A stretch of DNA of 39,339 nt from Gammaproteobacteria bacterium (GCA_028599035.1 JAQRMT010000001.1:1-39339), one strand, 5' to 3'; shown: positions 21,049 to 30,003, counted from the first letter of the stretch. Notes: a model not told the origin generated them from the sequence alone. Made by a program: numbers and translations.

Positions 21049-22200
21049 TTATTTTACAAAAAATCGTAGCATAGTCGATAGCTTTTCGTGTCGATAAGCA
21101 TATAATAGCAAAATGAAAATAGACAGCAATAAATGCACCCACCACAAGCCTATCAGGGCAGGAGTCTCCCCATGCTCTAAAGATGATTTGGCAATAAGCA
21201 AAACATTATTATATAAAATAAAAATTATCATACCAAACAAAACACCTAAGTTTTTTCCACCTCTAGGGGAGGCCTTGCCTAGTAAAACCCCTAAAAACGA
21301 TAAAATAAAGATGCTTAGTGGTTGTGACAGTCGCCATTGAAATTCTGCCATATCTTTAGGGTTGTTTGAATAAAATAAATCAAGCATTCCTTTCGATTCT
21401 TCCTTAGTGAAGTTTGTATTAGGTCGCACCGCACTGCTATCAATAATTTGCAAATCATACAAATCAAAATTTAGGATTCTTTTATTAGCATCGGCTGGAA
21501 ATCCATGATAACGCTTGCCATCTTGAAGGCGTAGATAGGTATTACCAGTTACAGGATCTGTATATTTTTTCGCTTGCTTTGCTAAAGTAATAATAGGCTC
21601 TCCATTCACCAGTGTATAAATAAACACTTCTTCCATTTTTTGTTGCGCATCCCCGTCACCGTCTTCCACTTTAGAGGCATAAAAAACAATATTGCCATTC
21701 TTAAATTTTTGAAATTCTTTTTGTTTCATAAAAGAAAATTCTGAAGCATTGTCACTACGATTCAGAATAATCTCTCTCTCCTGTTTAGTCCAAGGCACAG
21801 CAACGGTAGTTAAAAATAAAATAAAAATAAAAATAGACAAGACGACAGGTTGTATAAACACCATAAAATGCTTATCTCCCACGCCAAGCGAGTTCATCAC
21901 AATCGCTTCTGAGTTTTTGTAAAGTCTACTGATTGCCAAGATAATCGCTAAAAACAACGATAAAGACAACATCAAAGGAATATCTCTCACCATATTAAAA
22001 CCAATTAATGGCAATAAATCAGTCGCAGAAATACCGTGTTTTAGACTTTCTTTAATCATTGATGCTACTTGATTGCCAAATATCACCAAAAAAATAACCA
22101 GAAAAATAGCACCTGTTAATACCCATACATTGCGCATCAAGTATTTTGCAATAATGCTGTCAATTAAAGCATAAGTTTGTTTAAAAATAGATACTTCCAT
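21049..22200 (-). CDS. lptF: LPS export ABC transporter permease LptF
   Basis: [39 protein letters not shown] and PRGG; YjgP/YjgQ family. Confidence 0.87.
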   Translation of the reverse strand: MEVSIFKQTYALIDSIIAKYLMRNVWVLTGAIFLVIFLVIFGNQVASMIKESLKHGISATDLLPLIGFNMVRDIPLMLSLSLFLAIILAISRLYKNSEAIVMNSLGVGDKHFMVFIQPVVLSIFIFILFLTTVAVPWTKQEREIILNRSDNASEFSFMKQKEFQKFKNGNIVFYASKVEDGDGDAQQKMEEVFIYTLVNGEPIITLAKQAKKYTDPVTGNTYLRLQDGKRYHGFPADANKRILNFDLYDLQIIDSSAVRPNTNFTKEESKGMLDLFYSNNPKDMAEFQWRLSQPLSIFILSFLGVLLGKASPRGGKNLGVLFGMIIFILYNNVLLIAKSSLEHGETPALIGLWWVHLLLSIFILLLYAYRHEKLSTMLRFFVK

Positions 22201-22234
22201 CCTTTAAGTATAGACGAAGCAAGTAAAGAGTTTA

Positions 22235-23497
22235 CTACTTCTTTTGTGACATTGACGAGAAAAATTCATCATTGGTTTTACTTAATTTTAAACGGTCAAT
22301 TAAGAATTCTGCTGCCTCTACTGTGTCCATCGGGTGCAAAATCTTACGCAAAATCCATATTTTTTGCAGTTCTTTCTCGTCGGTAATCAGCTCTTCACGG
22401 CGTGTGCCAGAGGCGTTAATATTAATGGCTGGAAAAATGCGTTTTTCACTCAAGCGGCGTTCCAAGTGTAGTTCCATATTGCCCGTGCCTTTGAATTCTT
22501 GATAAATAACTTCATCCATCTTTGACCCTGTATCGATTAATGCAGTGGCAACAATGGTAATGCTACCACCATTTTCGATGTTTCTCGCCGCACCAAAGAA
22601 TCGCTTAGGTCGTTGTAGGGCATTAGCATCAACACCACCTGTCAGCACCTTACCTGAAGAGGGGGCAATGGTATTATAAGCACGCGCTAGACGCGTAATT
22701 GAGTCTAATAAGATAATAACATCCTTGCCTTGTTCAGCGCGGCGTTTGGCTTTTTCAATGACAATTTCAGCCACTTGGACATGGCGTTTGGCTGACTCAT
22801 CAAAAGTTGAGGCAACTACCTCGCCACGCACAGTGCGTGCCATCTCTGTCACTTCTTCAGGGCGTTCGTCAATCAGCAAAACAATCAGCTCACACTCTGG
22901 ATGATTACGAGAAATTGAGGTGGCAATATTTTGCATAATCATGGTTTTTCCTGCCTTGGGCGGTGCTACTAATAGCCCTCTTTGCCCCTTACCAAAAGGC
23001 GCAACAAGGTCGATTACTCTGGCAGTAATGTCTTCGGTTCCGCCATTGCCAATCTCTAAGGTGATGCGTTCATCTGGGTGTAATGGCGTGAGTGAGGCAA
23101 AAGGAATTCTGTTTCTGACATTATCTGGATCTTCGCCATTAACCTCAGAGACCTTTACTAAGGCAAAATATTTCTCACCTTTTTTGGGTGCACGAATCTT
23201 GCCAGTAACCACATCACCTGTTGATAGGTTAAAACGACGAATTTGATTAGGTGAAACATAAATGTCGTCCGGACCAGAAACATAAGAATCATCTGCCGAT
23301 CTTAAAAAACCATAACCTTCTTGTAATATATCTAATACGCCGTCGCCTAGCACCTCTTCGTCATTAGCAGATTTGTGTTTTAAGATTGCAAAAATAAGGG
23401 TTTGTTTTTTAGCGCGAGAGATGTTCTCAATACCTAAAGACTGCGCCAATTCTAATAATTCGGCAGCTGTAGAGCGTTTTAGTTCAGATAATTTCAT
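22235..23497 (-). CDS. rho: Transcription termination factor Rho
   Basis: [38 protein letters not shown] and [10 protein letters not shown]. Confidence 0.98.
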   Translation of the reverse strand: MKLSELKRSTAAELLELAQSLGIENISRAKKQTLIFAILKHKSANDEEVLGDGVLDILQEGYGFLRSADDSYVSGPDDIYVSPNQIRRFNLSTGDVVTGKIRAPKKGEKYFALVKVSEVNGEDPDNVRNRIPFASLTPLHPDERITLEIGNGGTEDITARVIDLVAPFGKGQRGLLVAPPKAGKTMIMQNIATSISRNHPECELIVLLIDERPEEVTEMARTVRGEVVASTFDESAKRHVQVAEIVIEKAKRRAEQGKDVIILLDSITRLARAYNTIAPSSGKVLTGGVDANALQRPKRFFGAARNIENGGSITIVATALIDTGSKMDEVIYQEFKGTGNMELHLERRLSEKRIFPAININASGTRREELITDEKELQKIWILRKILHPMDTVEAAEFLIDRLKLSKTNDEFFSSMSQKK

Positions 23498-23522
23498 AGT
23501 ATTTTGTGTGTAGAAAGATTAT

Positions 23523-23544
23523 GCCAGTCAAGACAAAGACTGGC
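23523..23544 (-). promoter_or_regulatory. Stem-loop in the trxA-rho leader
   Basis: GCCAGTC-N8-GACTGGC perfect 7-bp stem about 25 nt upstream of the rho ATG; no U-tract follows. Confidence 0.4.
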
Positions 23545-23607
23545 GTGAATATTGCTTTAGCAATGGGGTTTAAATAAAAAGTTCGTTGATTTTTTTACAG
23601 GTATCCT

Positions 23608-23934
23608 TTAAAGATTTGAGTCAACAAAAGCACTCAACTCTGCTTTAGACAAAGCGCCCATTTTGGTCGCCTCAACTGCACCATTCTTAAATAACAGCAC
23701 TGTTGGTATACCACGAATGCCATATTTTGGTGGAGTTTGGTCATTTTCATCGATATTAATTTTAGCAACAGTAACCTTGCCATCATATTCATCGGCAATT
23801 TCATCTAACACTGGTGCTAACGCTTTACAGGGTCCGCACCACGGCGCCCAAAAATCGACCAAAACTACTTGTGATGAATTAACAACATCTGACTCAAAAG
23901 AATCGTCCGTTACTACTTTAATTTTATCATTCAT
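23608..23934 (-). CDS. trxA: Thioredoxin
   Basis: WAPWCGPC active site and GIRGIPT; conserved trxA-rho order. Confidence 0.97.
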   Translation of the reverse strand: MNDKIKVVTDDSFESDVVNSSQVVLVDFWAPWCGPCKALAPVLDEIADEYDGKVTVAKINIDENDQTPPKYGIRGIPTVLLFKNGAVEATKMGALSKAELSAFVDSNL

Positions 23935-24032
23935 ATATTGTTATGTATTTTATTGCTTAAGGGAAATATTATCACTAGAAAAAGCGATTTTAGGTGAATT
24001 ATAGCGTCTATTATAAACTTAGTAGCATTATT

Positions 24033-26546
24033 TTATAATTTTTCTTGCAAATGCTGTTTTAGCTGTTGTTGCTCCTTCTTACTTAATGGCTGTTGATCGG
24101 CGTTACTAATAAAGAAAATATCCTCTACTCGCTCGCCCATAGTGGATATTCTTGCATTTACTAAACGAATATTTAACTGATAGAAAATGTGAGCAATATT
24201 AGACACTAATCCTTGTTTATCAATCACACTAACCTCAACCTGAGTGAGGTTCCATTTATTATCATCAGAAAACACAATACTCATTTTGTGGTCAAAATGT
24301 CGATGTGCGTATTTATCACTCATTGTCCCCACATCAATGCTTGCTTGTGCTAATTCACTCTCTATGGTTTGACCGATGTCAATCTGCTCCATTATTTCAT
24401 CTTGCAGCACGCTAATAGTGTTGTATGCCTTGTTGTTGTTACTGGTTAAGATTTTTGCATCGACAATATCTAGCCCTAATTTTTCGATAATACTTACCAG
24501 CTTAAAAAATAGACCTTTAGAGTCATTACCATACACAAAAATGTCCACTACACCATGCTCGGACAGGCGTTGTGCCACTTTGATGGCTTTATCGTTTGTT
24601 TTTCTGAACAATTGCAAATGCCACAAAATATCCTCAACCTGATAGCGTAAAAAATAATCTTTTGGCAAGGTGCCAAGTGTTTTTTCCACTTGCTCAATAC
24701 TGTAGCCCTGTTGTTGAAGCTCGCCTGCTAACACCTGTTTAACCGCCTGAACTTGCTTGTTAATACTGGGCGGTTTAATTTGTTTTTGCAATTGTTCTTT
24801 CGTTTTGTAAAATAATTTCTTCAAAAGCGAATCTTTCCAGCCATTCCACAAATCTTCTTTTGTGGCACGAATATCAGCAACCGTTAATAAATATAAAAAT
24901 TGCAAAAATTGCATAGATTTCACAGTTTTAGCAAACTGATGAATAACATCAAAATCCTCCAGGTCTTGTTTTTGTGCTGTTTGTGACATTAATAAATGTT
25001 GCTCCACCAAGCCTGATACCAAGGCAATATCACTGGTTTTAAAGCAATGATGTGTTAGAAAATCACGCACATCTTGCGCCCCTAAAACCGCATGATTGCC
25101 ACCCCGCCCTTTAGCAATATCATGGAACAGCCCTGCCAATAATAATAACTCAGGTTTGGTAATACTTTGTGCCAGCTCACTGCAAAGCTCGAACTCTTTG
25201 GCAAAGTCATCGACAAAGAAACGCCTAAGATTACGAATTACAAATAAAGTATGCTGGTCCACCGTATAAGCGTGAAATAAATCATATTGCATCAGCCCTG
25301 TTATCTCTCCAAAGGCAGGAATATAGCGCTCTAACACGCCATAACGATTCATTAGTTTTAAGGCCTTATTGATACCGTGTTTTTGTTGTAATAGTTCAAT
25401 AAATAGGCGATTATTTTGTCGCTTTTTGTAATAATCTTTATCGATTAACTCAATGTCCTTTTGCATCTGTCTGAGCGTATCTGCACTAATACCACGCACA
25501 TAATTATGCTTAGCAACCAACAAGAAGATTTCAATAAAAGCTGATGGTTGTTTGGTAAAAACAGTGTTGTCAATCATATAAATATAGCCGTGGCTAATAA
25601 CAAAACGCGTGTTTAAATTCTGTGCATGCAACACGCTTTGTTCAAATAATTGCAACAAAATATCGTTCAAACGCGACACCTTAGTCGCTGTTTGGTAATA
25701 ATCACGCATCAATTTCTCAACCGCAATGCTCTCACCATCTTGATACCCGAGCACACTTGCTATCTCTCGCTGATACTGAAAAGCCACTCTGTCTTCTCGC
25801 CGTTTGGCAACAATATGTAAGGCAAAACGCACCTTCCATAAAAATAACTGCGATTGCATCAATAAATCGTATTCGCCCTGCGTTAAAAAATCCTTATCTA
25901 CTAAATCAGAAAAAAGATTGACATCAAAATACCATTTTGCCACCCATGCCACTGTTTGAATATCACGCAGGCCACCAGGGCTTTCCTTAAGGTTCGGTTC
26001 TAAATTATAGGCAGTATTGGAGTAATTAAGATGGCGGTTGTGCTGTTCTTTTTGCTTGCCAACAAAAAACGACTGTGAAGACCAGTCGCTCGCTTCAATC
26101 ATGGCTTTCATCTTTAAAAATAAGGGTTCTTTGCCCACAAGAATGCGAGATTCTAATAAATTTGTAACCACGCTTAAATCATTAATATTGGCAACACAAT
26201 CCGCTATATCGCGCGTTGCATGCCCCACCTCTAATCCCACATCCCACAAGAAAGTTAAGAATTTAGATAGGCTCTGCTGGTGTGCATCGTGACTATTTTC
26301 AGGAATTAGAATCAACAAATCAATATCAGAATGTAGATGCAATTCACCCCGACCATAACCACCCACGGCTGCCAAACATAATTGATCATCAATCTTAAGT
26401 TTCTGCCAAATATCAACCAACAGGGTATCTATCTCATCACTGCGTTTTTGCACCAAAACGCCTACCGAATCAGAATTTTTTAAGAAATCTTGCGCAAGCG
26501 AGGTTTGTAATATTTGGTATCTATTTTTAAAAGCCTCTAACTGCAT
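24033..26546 (-). CDS. glnD: PII uridylyltransferase/uridylyl-removing enzyme
   Basis: AVGGYGRGEL..HSDIDLL, EPNLKESPGGLRD, YTVDQH, FHDIAKGRGG and two C-terminal ACT domains (TMGERVEDIF). Confidence 0.95.
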   Translation of the reverse strand: MQLEAFKNRYQILQTSLAQDFLKNSDSVGVLVQKRSDEIDTLLVDIWQKLKIDDQLCLAAVGGYGRGELHLHSDIDLLILIPENSHDAHQQSLSKFLTFLWDVGLEVGHATRDIADCVANINDLSVVTNLLESRILVGKEPLFLKMKAMIEASDWSSQSFFVGKQKEQHNRHLNYSNTAYNLEPNLKESPGGLRDIQTVAWVAKWYFDVNLFSDLVDKDFLTQGEYDLLMQSQLFLWKVRFALHIVAKRREDRVAFQYQREIASVLGYQDGESIAVEKLMRDYYQTATKVSRLNDILLQLFEQSVLHAQNLNTRFVISHGYIYMIDNTVFTKQPSAFIEIFLLVAKHNYVRGISADTLRQMQKDIELIDKDYYKKRQNNRLFIELLQQKHGINKALKLMNRYGVLERYIPAFGEITGLMQYDLFHAYTVDQHTLFVIRNLRRFFVDDFAKEFELCSELAQSITKPELLLLAGLFHDIAKGRGGNHAVLGAQDVRDFLTHHCFKTSDIALVSGLVEQHLLMSQTAQKQDLEDFDVIHQFAKTVKSMQFLQFLYLLTVADIRATKEDLWNGWKDSLLKKLFYKTKEQLQKQIKPPSINKQVQAVKQVLAGELQQQGYSIEQVEKTLGTLPKDYFLRYQVEDILWHLQLFRKTNDKAIKVAQRLSEHGVVDIFVYGNDSKGLFFKLVSIIEKLGLDIVDAKILTSNNNKAYNTISVLQDEIMEQIDIGQTIESELAQASIDVGTMSDKYAHRHFDHKMSIVFSDDNKWNLTQVEVSVIDKQGLVSNIAHIFYQLNIRLVNARISTMGERVEDIFFISNADQQPLSKKEQQQLKQHLQEKL

Positions 26547-26550
26547 AAGA

Positions 26551-27765
26551 TTATTTACCTAGTACTTTTTTCAAAGTCGGAAAATCTTTACTAGACTCGG
26601 TCAAATGACGAGTAATTAAATGCTTAATCGGTGGAAATCGCTGCGCAAAATTCAACACAAATCTGCGCACTTGTTTAATCACTGGCGCATCGTTGGTGAA
26701 CAATGCCACAACGCCATTCGTGCCAAAGAACATCACTCTGGTTAGATGAATATGCTTTTTTTCAAAACGATTTAATAAAGATTTTGAGCCAATATCCTGG
26801 TCTTGTGTTAACGCTTCTTTTATCAGCGACGCTAAAATATTTTGCCCTCTCAAACCCAAATTAAAACCATGTGCCGTTACTGGGTGCATGCCTACCGCTG
26901 CATCGCCAATCAATGCAAAACGATTGGCAATAAAAGTTTGTGCGTGCACGCCTACTAAGGGGTAAAAATGGCGCTCACCTACTTGGCTCATTTGCCCTAA
27001 TTCCCCTCTAAAATCTCGCATCATCTTGGCGTTAAAATCTGCCTCGCTCATATCCAGAACTGCTTGAGATTTGTCAGTTGCCACCGTCAAAACCACAGAA
27101 GACGCATTACCTATCATAGGTAATAATGCCAAAGTTTGTCCATAATCAAAACACTCTAAGGCGGTGTTTAAATGGCTTTTTGTATGCGTCATTTTAGTCA
27201 CAATCATAACCTTAGAAAAATCCTTCATTAACGAGGGAATGCCAACCTTGCGACGAATATTAGAAAAACGACTGTCAGCGGCAATCACCAATTTAGTGGC
27301 AATACTGCTACCATCTGCAAACAACACATTTGAATGTGATTCACAATAATCCACATCTTCGACCGACGCATCTGTTATTAGTGTAATGTTATTGGCTTGT
27401 GCCACACGACTATACAGCGCTTGGCGTAGTTGATAATTTGGCACTAAATAACCCAAAGCCTCAATGCCTGATGTATCAGATTTAAAACTTAACAACGAGG
27501 GCGAATCTCCATCAAAAACCTTGGCTTCTTTTAGCAAAGACACCTCGTCCTGATCCACCAAACCCCAAACACCCAACTTCTTTAAAATTCCTAGAGACAA
27601 GTGTGTTAGCGCAATTTCTCTGCCATCGACTGTGGGCTTAGCGATGGCATCTAAGCTAGATTTTTCCACCACCAGCACCTGCACGCCAGTATCTATCATC
27701 GAGCAAGCAAAGCTCAGCCCTGCTGGACCACCGCCAATAATAACAATATCATAGTTAGTTTGCAT
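26551..27765 (-). CDS. ubiM: Ubiquinone biosynthesis flavin hydroxylase, UbiM type
   Basis: GGGPAG FAD site, DGREIALTH, AADSRFS and GDAAVGMHPVTAHGFNLG, which are characteristic of the UbiM branch of the UbiH/Coq6 family. Confidence 0.82.
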   Translation of the reverse strand: MQTNYDIVIIGGGPAGLSFACSMIDTGVQVLVVEKSSLDAIAKPTVDGREIALTHLSLGILKKLGVWGLVDQDEVSLLKEAKVFDGDSPSLLSFKSDTSGIEALGYLVPNYQLRQALYSRVAQANNITLITDASVEDVDYCESHSNVLFADGSSIATKLVIAADSRFSNIRRKVGIPSLMKDFSKVMIVTKMTHTKSHLNTALECFDYGQTLALLPMIGNASSVVLTVATDKSQAVLDMSEADFNAKMMRDFRGELGQMSQVGERHFYPLVGVHAQTFIANRFALIGDAAVGMHPVTAHGFNLGLRGQNILASLIKEALTQDQDIGSKSLLNRFEKKHIHLTRVMFFGTNGVVALFTNDAPVIKQVRRFVLNFAQRFPPIKHLITRHLTESSKDFPTLKKVLGK

Positions 27766-27786
27766 TTTTTGTTTTTAAAATAATGA

Positions 27787-27807
27787 GATAATAATGCTTA
27801 TTATAAC
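27787..27807. promoter_or_regulatory. Fur-like box overlapping bidirectional -10 elements (ubiM/ICMT)
   Basis: GATAATAATGCTTATTATA (27787-27805) matches GATAATGATAATCATTATC at 14/19; ATTATAAC at 27800-27807. Confidence 0.4.
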
Positions 27808-27821
27808 TACCTAAGGCAATT

Positions 27822-28253
27822 ATGATTTATGTTGTTGTTCAATTTGGCTGTATTGTTTATCTTATTTTTAATGCGCAATTTGCACATTTCAACGCATTAA
27901 CTTATCTGCTAATCAGCATTGCAACGGTGATTGGGCTTAGTGCTGTGATTAATATGAAACCCAGCAATCTTAACATCTCACCTGCTTTAAAAAAACAACA
28001 CCAATTAGTCACCAATGGCATCTACCACTGGATTCGTCATCCGATGTACACCAGTGTGTTGCTGTTGTGCCTAGCCTTTTCCCTAACCAATATGCACTAC
28101 TTAGCACAGCTCACGCTACTGGTTTTATGGATTGATTTAATCCTTAAATCCAACCTAGAAGAAAAACTACTAACCCAGCGTTTTGACACTTATCAAGACT
28201 ACAAAAACAAAACAGGTCGCTTTATTCCTTATTTATGCAAAGGTCCCTATTAA
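27822..28253 (+). CDS. Isoprenylcysteine carboxyl methyltransferase (ICMT/PEMT) family membrane protein
   Basis: LVTNGIYHWIRHPMY, EEKLL and YQDYKNKTGRFIP motifs; multiple TM helices. Confidence 0.88.
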   Translation: MIYVVVQFGCIVYLIFNAQFAHFNALTYLLISIATVIGLSAVINMKPSNLNISPALKKQHQLVTNGIYHWIRHPMYTSVLLLCLAFSLTNMHYLAQLTLLVLWIDLILKSNLEEKLLTQRFDTYQDYKNKTGRFIPYLCKGPY

Positions 28254-28259
28254 AGGCAA

Positions 28260-28288
28260 TAAAAAACCACCCCGAAGGGTGGTCTTTT
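28260..28288. terminator. Bidirectional intrinsic terminator
   Basis: A-tract, ACCACCC-CGAA-GGGTGGT, then CTTTT, between convergent genes; on the minus strand the loop is UUCG and is followed by a U-run. Confidence 0.85.
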
Positions 28289-28323
28289 ACTATACTGAAA
28301 TTAATCAGTTCACAAACAACTGG

Positions 28324-28812
28324 TTACTTAGTGTTAGTTTTGATTCTAGAAACTGCATCTGCATAACCTTTAGCATACGCATCAGCTTGTGCCTTAGCAA
28401 AACCATCAGCTTGACCTTTAGCAAAACCATCAGCTTGACCTTTAGCAAAACCATCAGCAATGCCAGAACCTTTAGCATCAGCAGAACCTGAATATTTATT
28501 ATCAGTTTTGTTCTTAGTATCAAATTTCATACCAAAGTCTGTGTCGTTCATCCAGTTATTAGCACCATTGAAAGGACCCCAGTTAGAGCCACCGTTAAAA
28601 GGACCAGCATTAGAGCCACCATTGAAAGGACCCCAGTTGTTGCCGCCGCCGAAAGGGCCAAAGTTTGAACCAGAATTCATAGGACCCCAGTTGGAGCCGC
28701 CGTCAAAAGGCCCCCAGTTGTTAGAACCGTTATAGCCATTGCCGTTATTAAAAAAACCAGCTGAAGCTGATGTTGCTACTACGATAGTAGCGATTGCGAT
28801 AATTTTTTTCAT
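28324..28812 (-). CDS. Secreted Gly/Asn/aromatic repeat protein, sulfur-globule-protein-like
   Basis: Signal peptide MKKIIAIATIVVATSASA, six N[WFA]GP[FM]xxxx nonapeptides, a DTDFGMKF segment and four AD[GA][FY]AK[GA]x octapeptides; GGAG SD before ATG 28812. Confidence 0.8.
   Translation of the reverse strand: MKKIIAIATIVVATSASAGFFNNGNGYNGSNNWGPFDGGSNWGPMNSGSNFGPFGGGNNWGPFNGGSNAGPFNGGSNWGPFNGANNWMNDTDFGMKFDTKNKTDNKYSGSADAKGSGIADGFAKGQADGFAKGQADGFAKAQADAYAKGYADAVSRIKTNTK
28363..28458. repeat. Coding tandem repeat, 4 x 24 bp
   Basis: TTGACCTTTAGCAAAACCATCAGC is exact at 28411-28434 and 28435-28458 and degenerate at 28387-28410 and 28363-28386. Confidence 0.9.
28558..28719. repeat. Coding tandem repeat, 6 x 27 bp (degenerate)
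   Basis: Encodes NWGPFDGGS/NWGPMNSGS/NFGPFGGGN/NWGPFNGGS/NAGPFNGGS/NWGPFNGAN. Confidence 0.88.
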
Positions 28813-28860
28813 TTTACTCTCCCAGTTTAAATTTAACACATTGTTATTAATGCGCTTTAT

Positions 28861-28924
28861 ATCGGGCAGTTTTGCCTCGATAACTGCGTATTATACAGTA
28901 AACTATATTAGAAATTAATAATAT
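28861..28924 (-). promoter_or_regulatory. Promoter region of the repeat-protein gene: -10, palindromic operator candidate and leader hairpin
   Basis: TATAAT on the minus strand at 28890-28895; ATATTA-N8-TAATAT at 28905-28924; hairpin ATCG(A)GGCA-AAAC-TGCCCGAT at 28861-28881. Confidence 0.45.
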
Positions 28925-28984
28925 TATTTTATAATTTGAGAAAATATTATTAAAATGTTAATTTATCAGACCTTGTAGCTTGAA

Positions 28985-29029
28985 AAACAAATAAAAAAAA
29001 GATGCCTTAAGCATCTTTTTTTATTGTTT
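28985..29029 (-). terminator. Intrinsic terminator downstream of tRNA-Val
   Basis: A8-GATGC-CTTAA-GCATC-T7 with further flanking complementarity. Confidence 0.75.
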
Positions 29030-29045
29030 ATTTTGGTATTTAAAC

Positions 29046-29122
29046 TGGTAGTCGCGAGTGAATTCGAATCACCGACCCCTACCATGTCAAGGTAGTGCTC
29101 TAACCAACTGAGCTACGCGACT
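29046..29122 (-). tRNA. tRNA-Val(GAC)
   Basis: Acceptor stem AGTCGCG/CGCGACT, anticodon arm CTACC-TTGACAT-GGTAG, TTCGAAT T-loop and encoded CCA; TATAAT about 10 nt upstream. Confidence 0.96.
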
Positions 29123-29138
29123 AAAAAGCAAGATTATA

Positions 29139-29834
29139 CTAGAAACAGGTCTTTATAATAGCTTGAATATCACTGGCAGCTTGATAAGGATTATCTGCAT
29201 TTTTAATCGGGCGACCAACCACAATATAATCTGAACCTGACTTAAAGGCTGTTGCCACATCAACCACACGCTTTTGGTCATCATCATTTGCCACAGGGCG
29301 AATGCCTGGCGTTACTGCAATCAATTTGTTATCAACATATTTACGCAAAAATGGCACCTCTAAACCTGAAGACACCACGCCATCGCAGCCTGCCTCAAAA
29401 GCGCGTTTAGCACGAGAAATCACTAAATCCTGCACATCGCATTTAAAGCCCAAATCATCCAAGTCGCCCCTATCAAGACTGGTGAGTGCAGTTACTGCCA
29501 ATATTTTAAGATTACCCTTATTTTCAGCGGCTTTTTCCATTAAGGACTGATTGCCGTGAATGGTGGCAAACGAAGCACCATATTGACTTAAACGCTTGAT
29601 GGTTCTACCAACCGTTTCTGGTACATCGAAGAACTTTAAATCCACAAAGACTTTTTTATCTTTAGCAATCAACCAATCCATTAACTGAAAATACTGCCCA
29701 GTCATCAACATTTCCATGCCAATTTTATAAAAACTAACGCTATCATCAAGCTGATTAACCAAATCTTTGGCCTGCCCTACTTCGGGCACATCTAAGGCAA
29801 AAATCAATCTATCTTCAATCTTAATATCTTTCAT
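29139..29834 (-). CDS. pyrF: Orotidine-5'-phosphate decarboxylase
   Basis: LIFALD, YKIG, FVDLKFFDVPETV (DxKxxDxxxT), TPGIRP and VVGRPI. Confidence 0.96.
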   Translation of the reverse strand: MKDIKIEDRLIFALDVPEVGQAKDLVNQLDDSVSFYKIGMEMLMTGQYFQLMDWLIAKDKKVFVDLKFFDVPETVGRTIKRLSQYGASFATIHGNQSLMEKAAENKGNLKILAVTALTSLDRGDLDDLGFKCDVQDLVISRAKRAFEAGCDGVVSSGLEVPFLRKYVDNKLIAVTPGIRPVANDDDQKRVVDVATAFKSGSDYIVVGRPIKNADNPYQAASDIQAIIKTCF

Positions 29835-29910
29835 TGTATTCTTTGTATAAAAATTTGCCTAAATTATACTGTGAGACCCTCGCATTAATATTGTAAAATA
29901 TTAATAATTT

Positions 29911-29987
29911 GTCCTTGTGGCTCAGCTGGATAGAGCAGCCGCCTCCTAAGCGGCAGGTCAGTGGTTCGAATCCACTCAAGGACGCCA
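29911..29987 (+). tRNA. tRNA-Arg(CCT)
   Basis: Acceptor stem GTCCTTG/CAAGGAC, anticodon arm GCCGC-CTCCTAA-GCGGC, GGTTCGAATCC and encoded CCA. Confidence 0.96.
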
Positions 29988-30003
29988 ATTAAAGAGGTTA
30001 ATA

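Noticed and set aside
28363-28719. 24-bp and 27-bp repeats as a CRISPR array
   Set aside because: They are contiguous tandem units with no unique spacers, are multiples of 3, lie inside a CDS, and no cas genes are present.
28183-28735. Repetitive alternative-frame ORFs (28183-28491 +, 28305-28523 -, 28460-28735 +)
   Set aside because: These are shadows of the coding repeats. Only the 28324-28812 frame has an SD, a signal peptide and synonymous-site variation.
28813-28890. c-di-GMP-I riboswitch in the repeat-gene leader (GGCAAAAC)
   Set aside because: It lacks the GAAA-tetraloop stem and the downstream GCAAAGC/P3 elements, and is too short.
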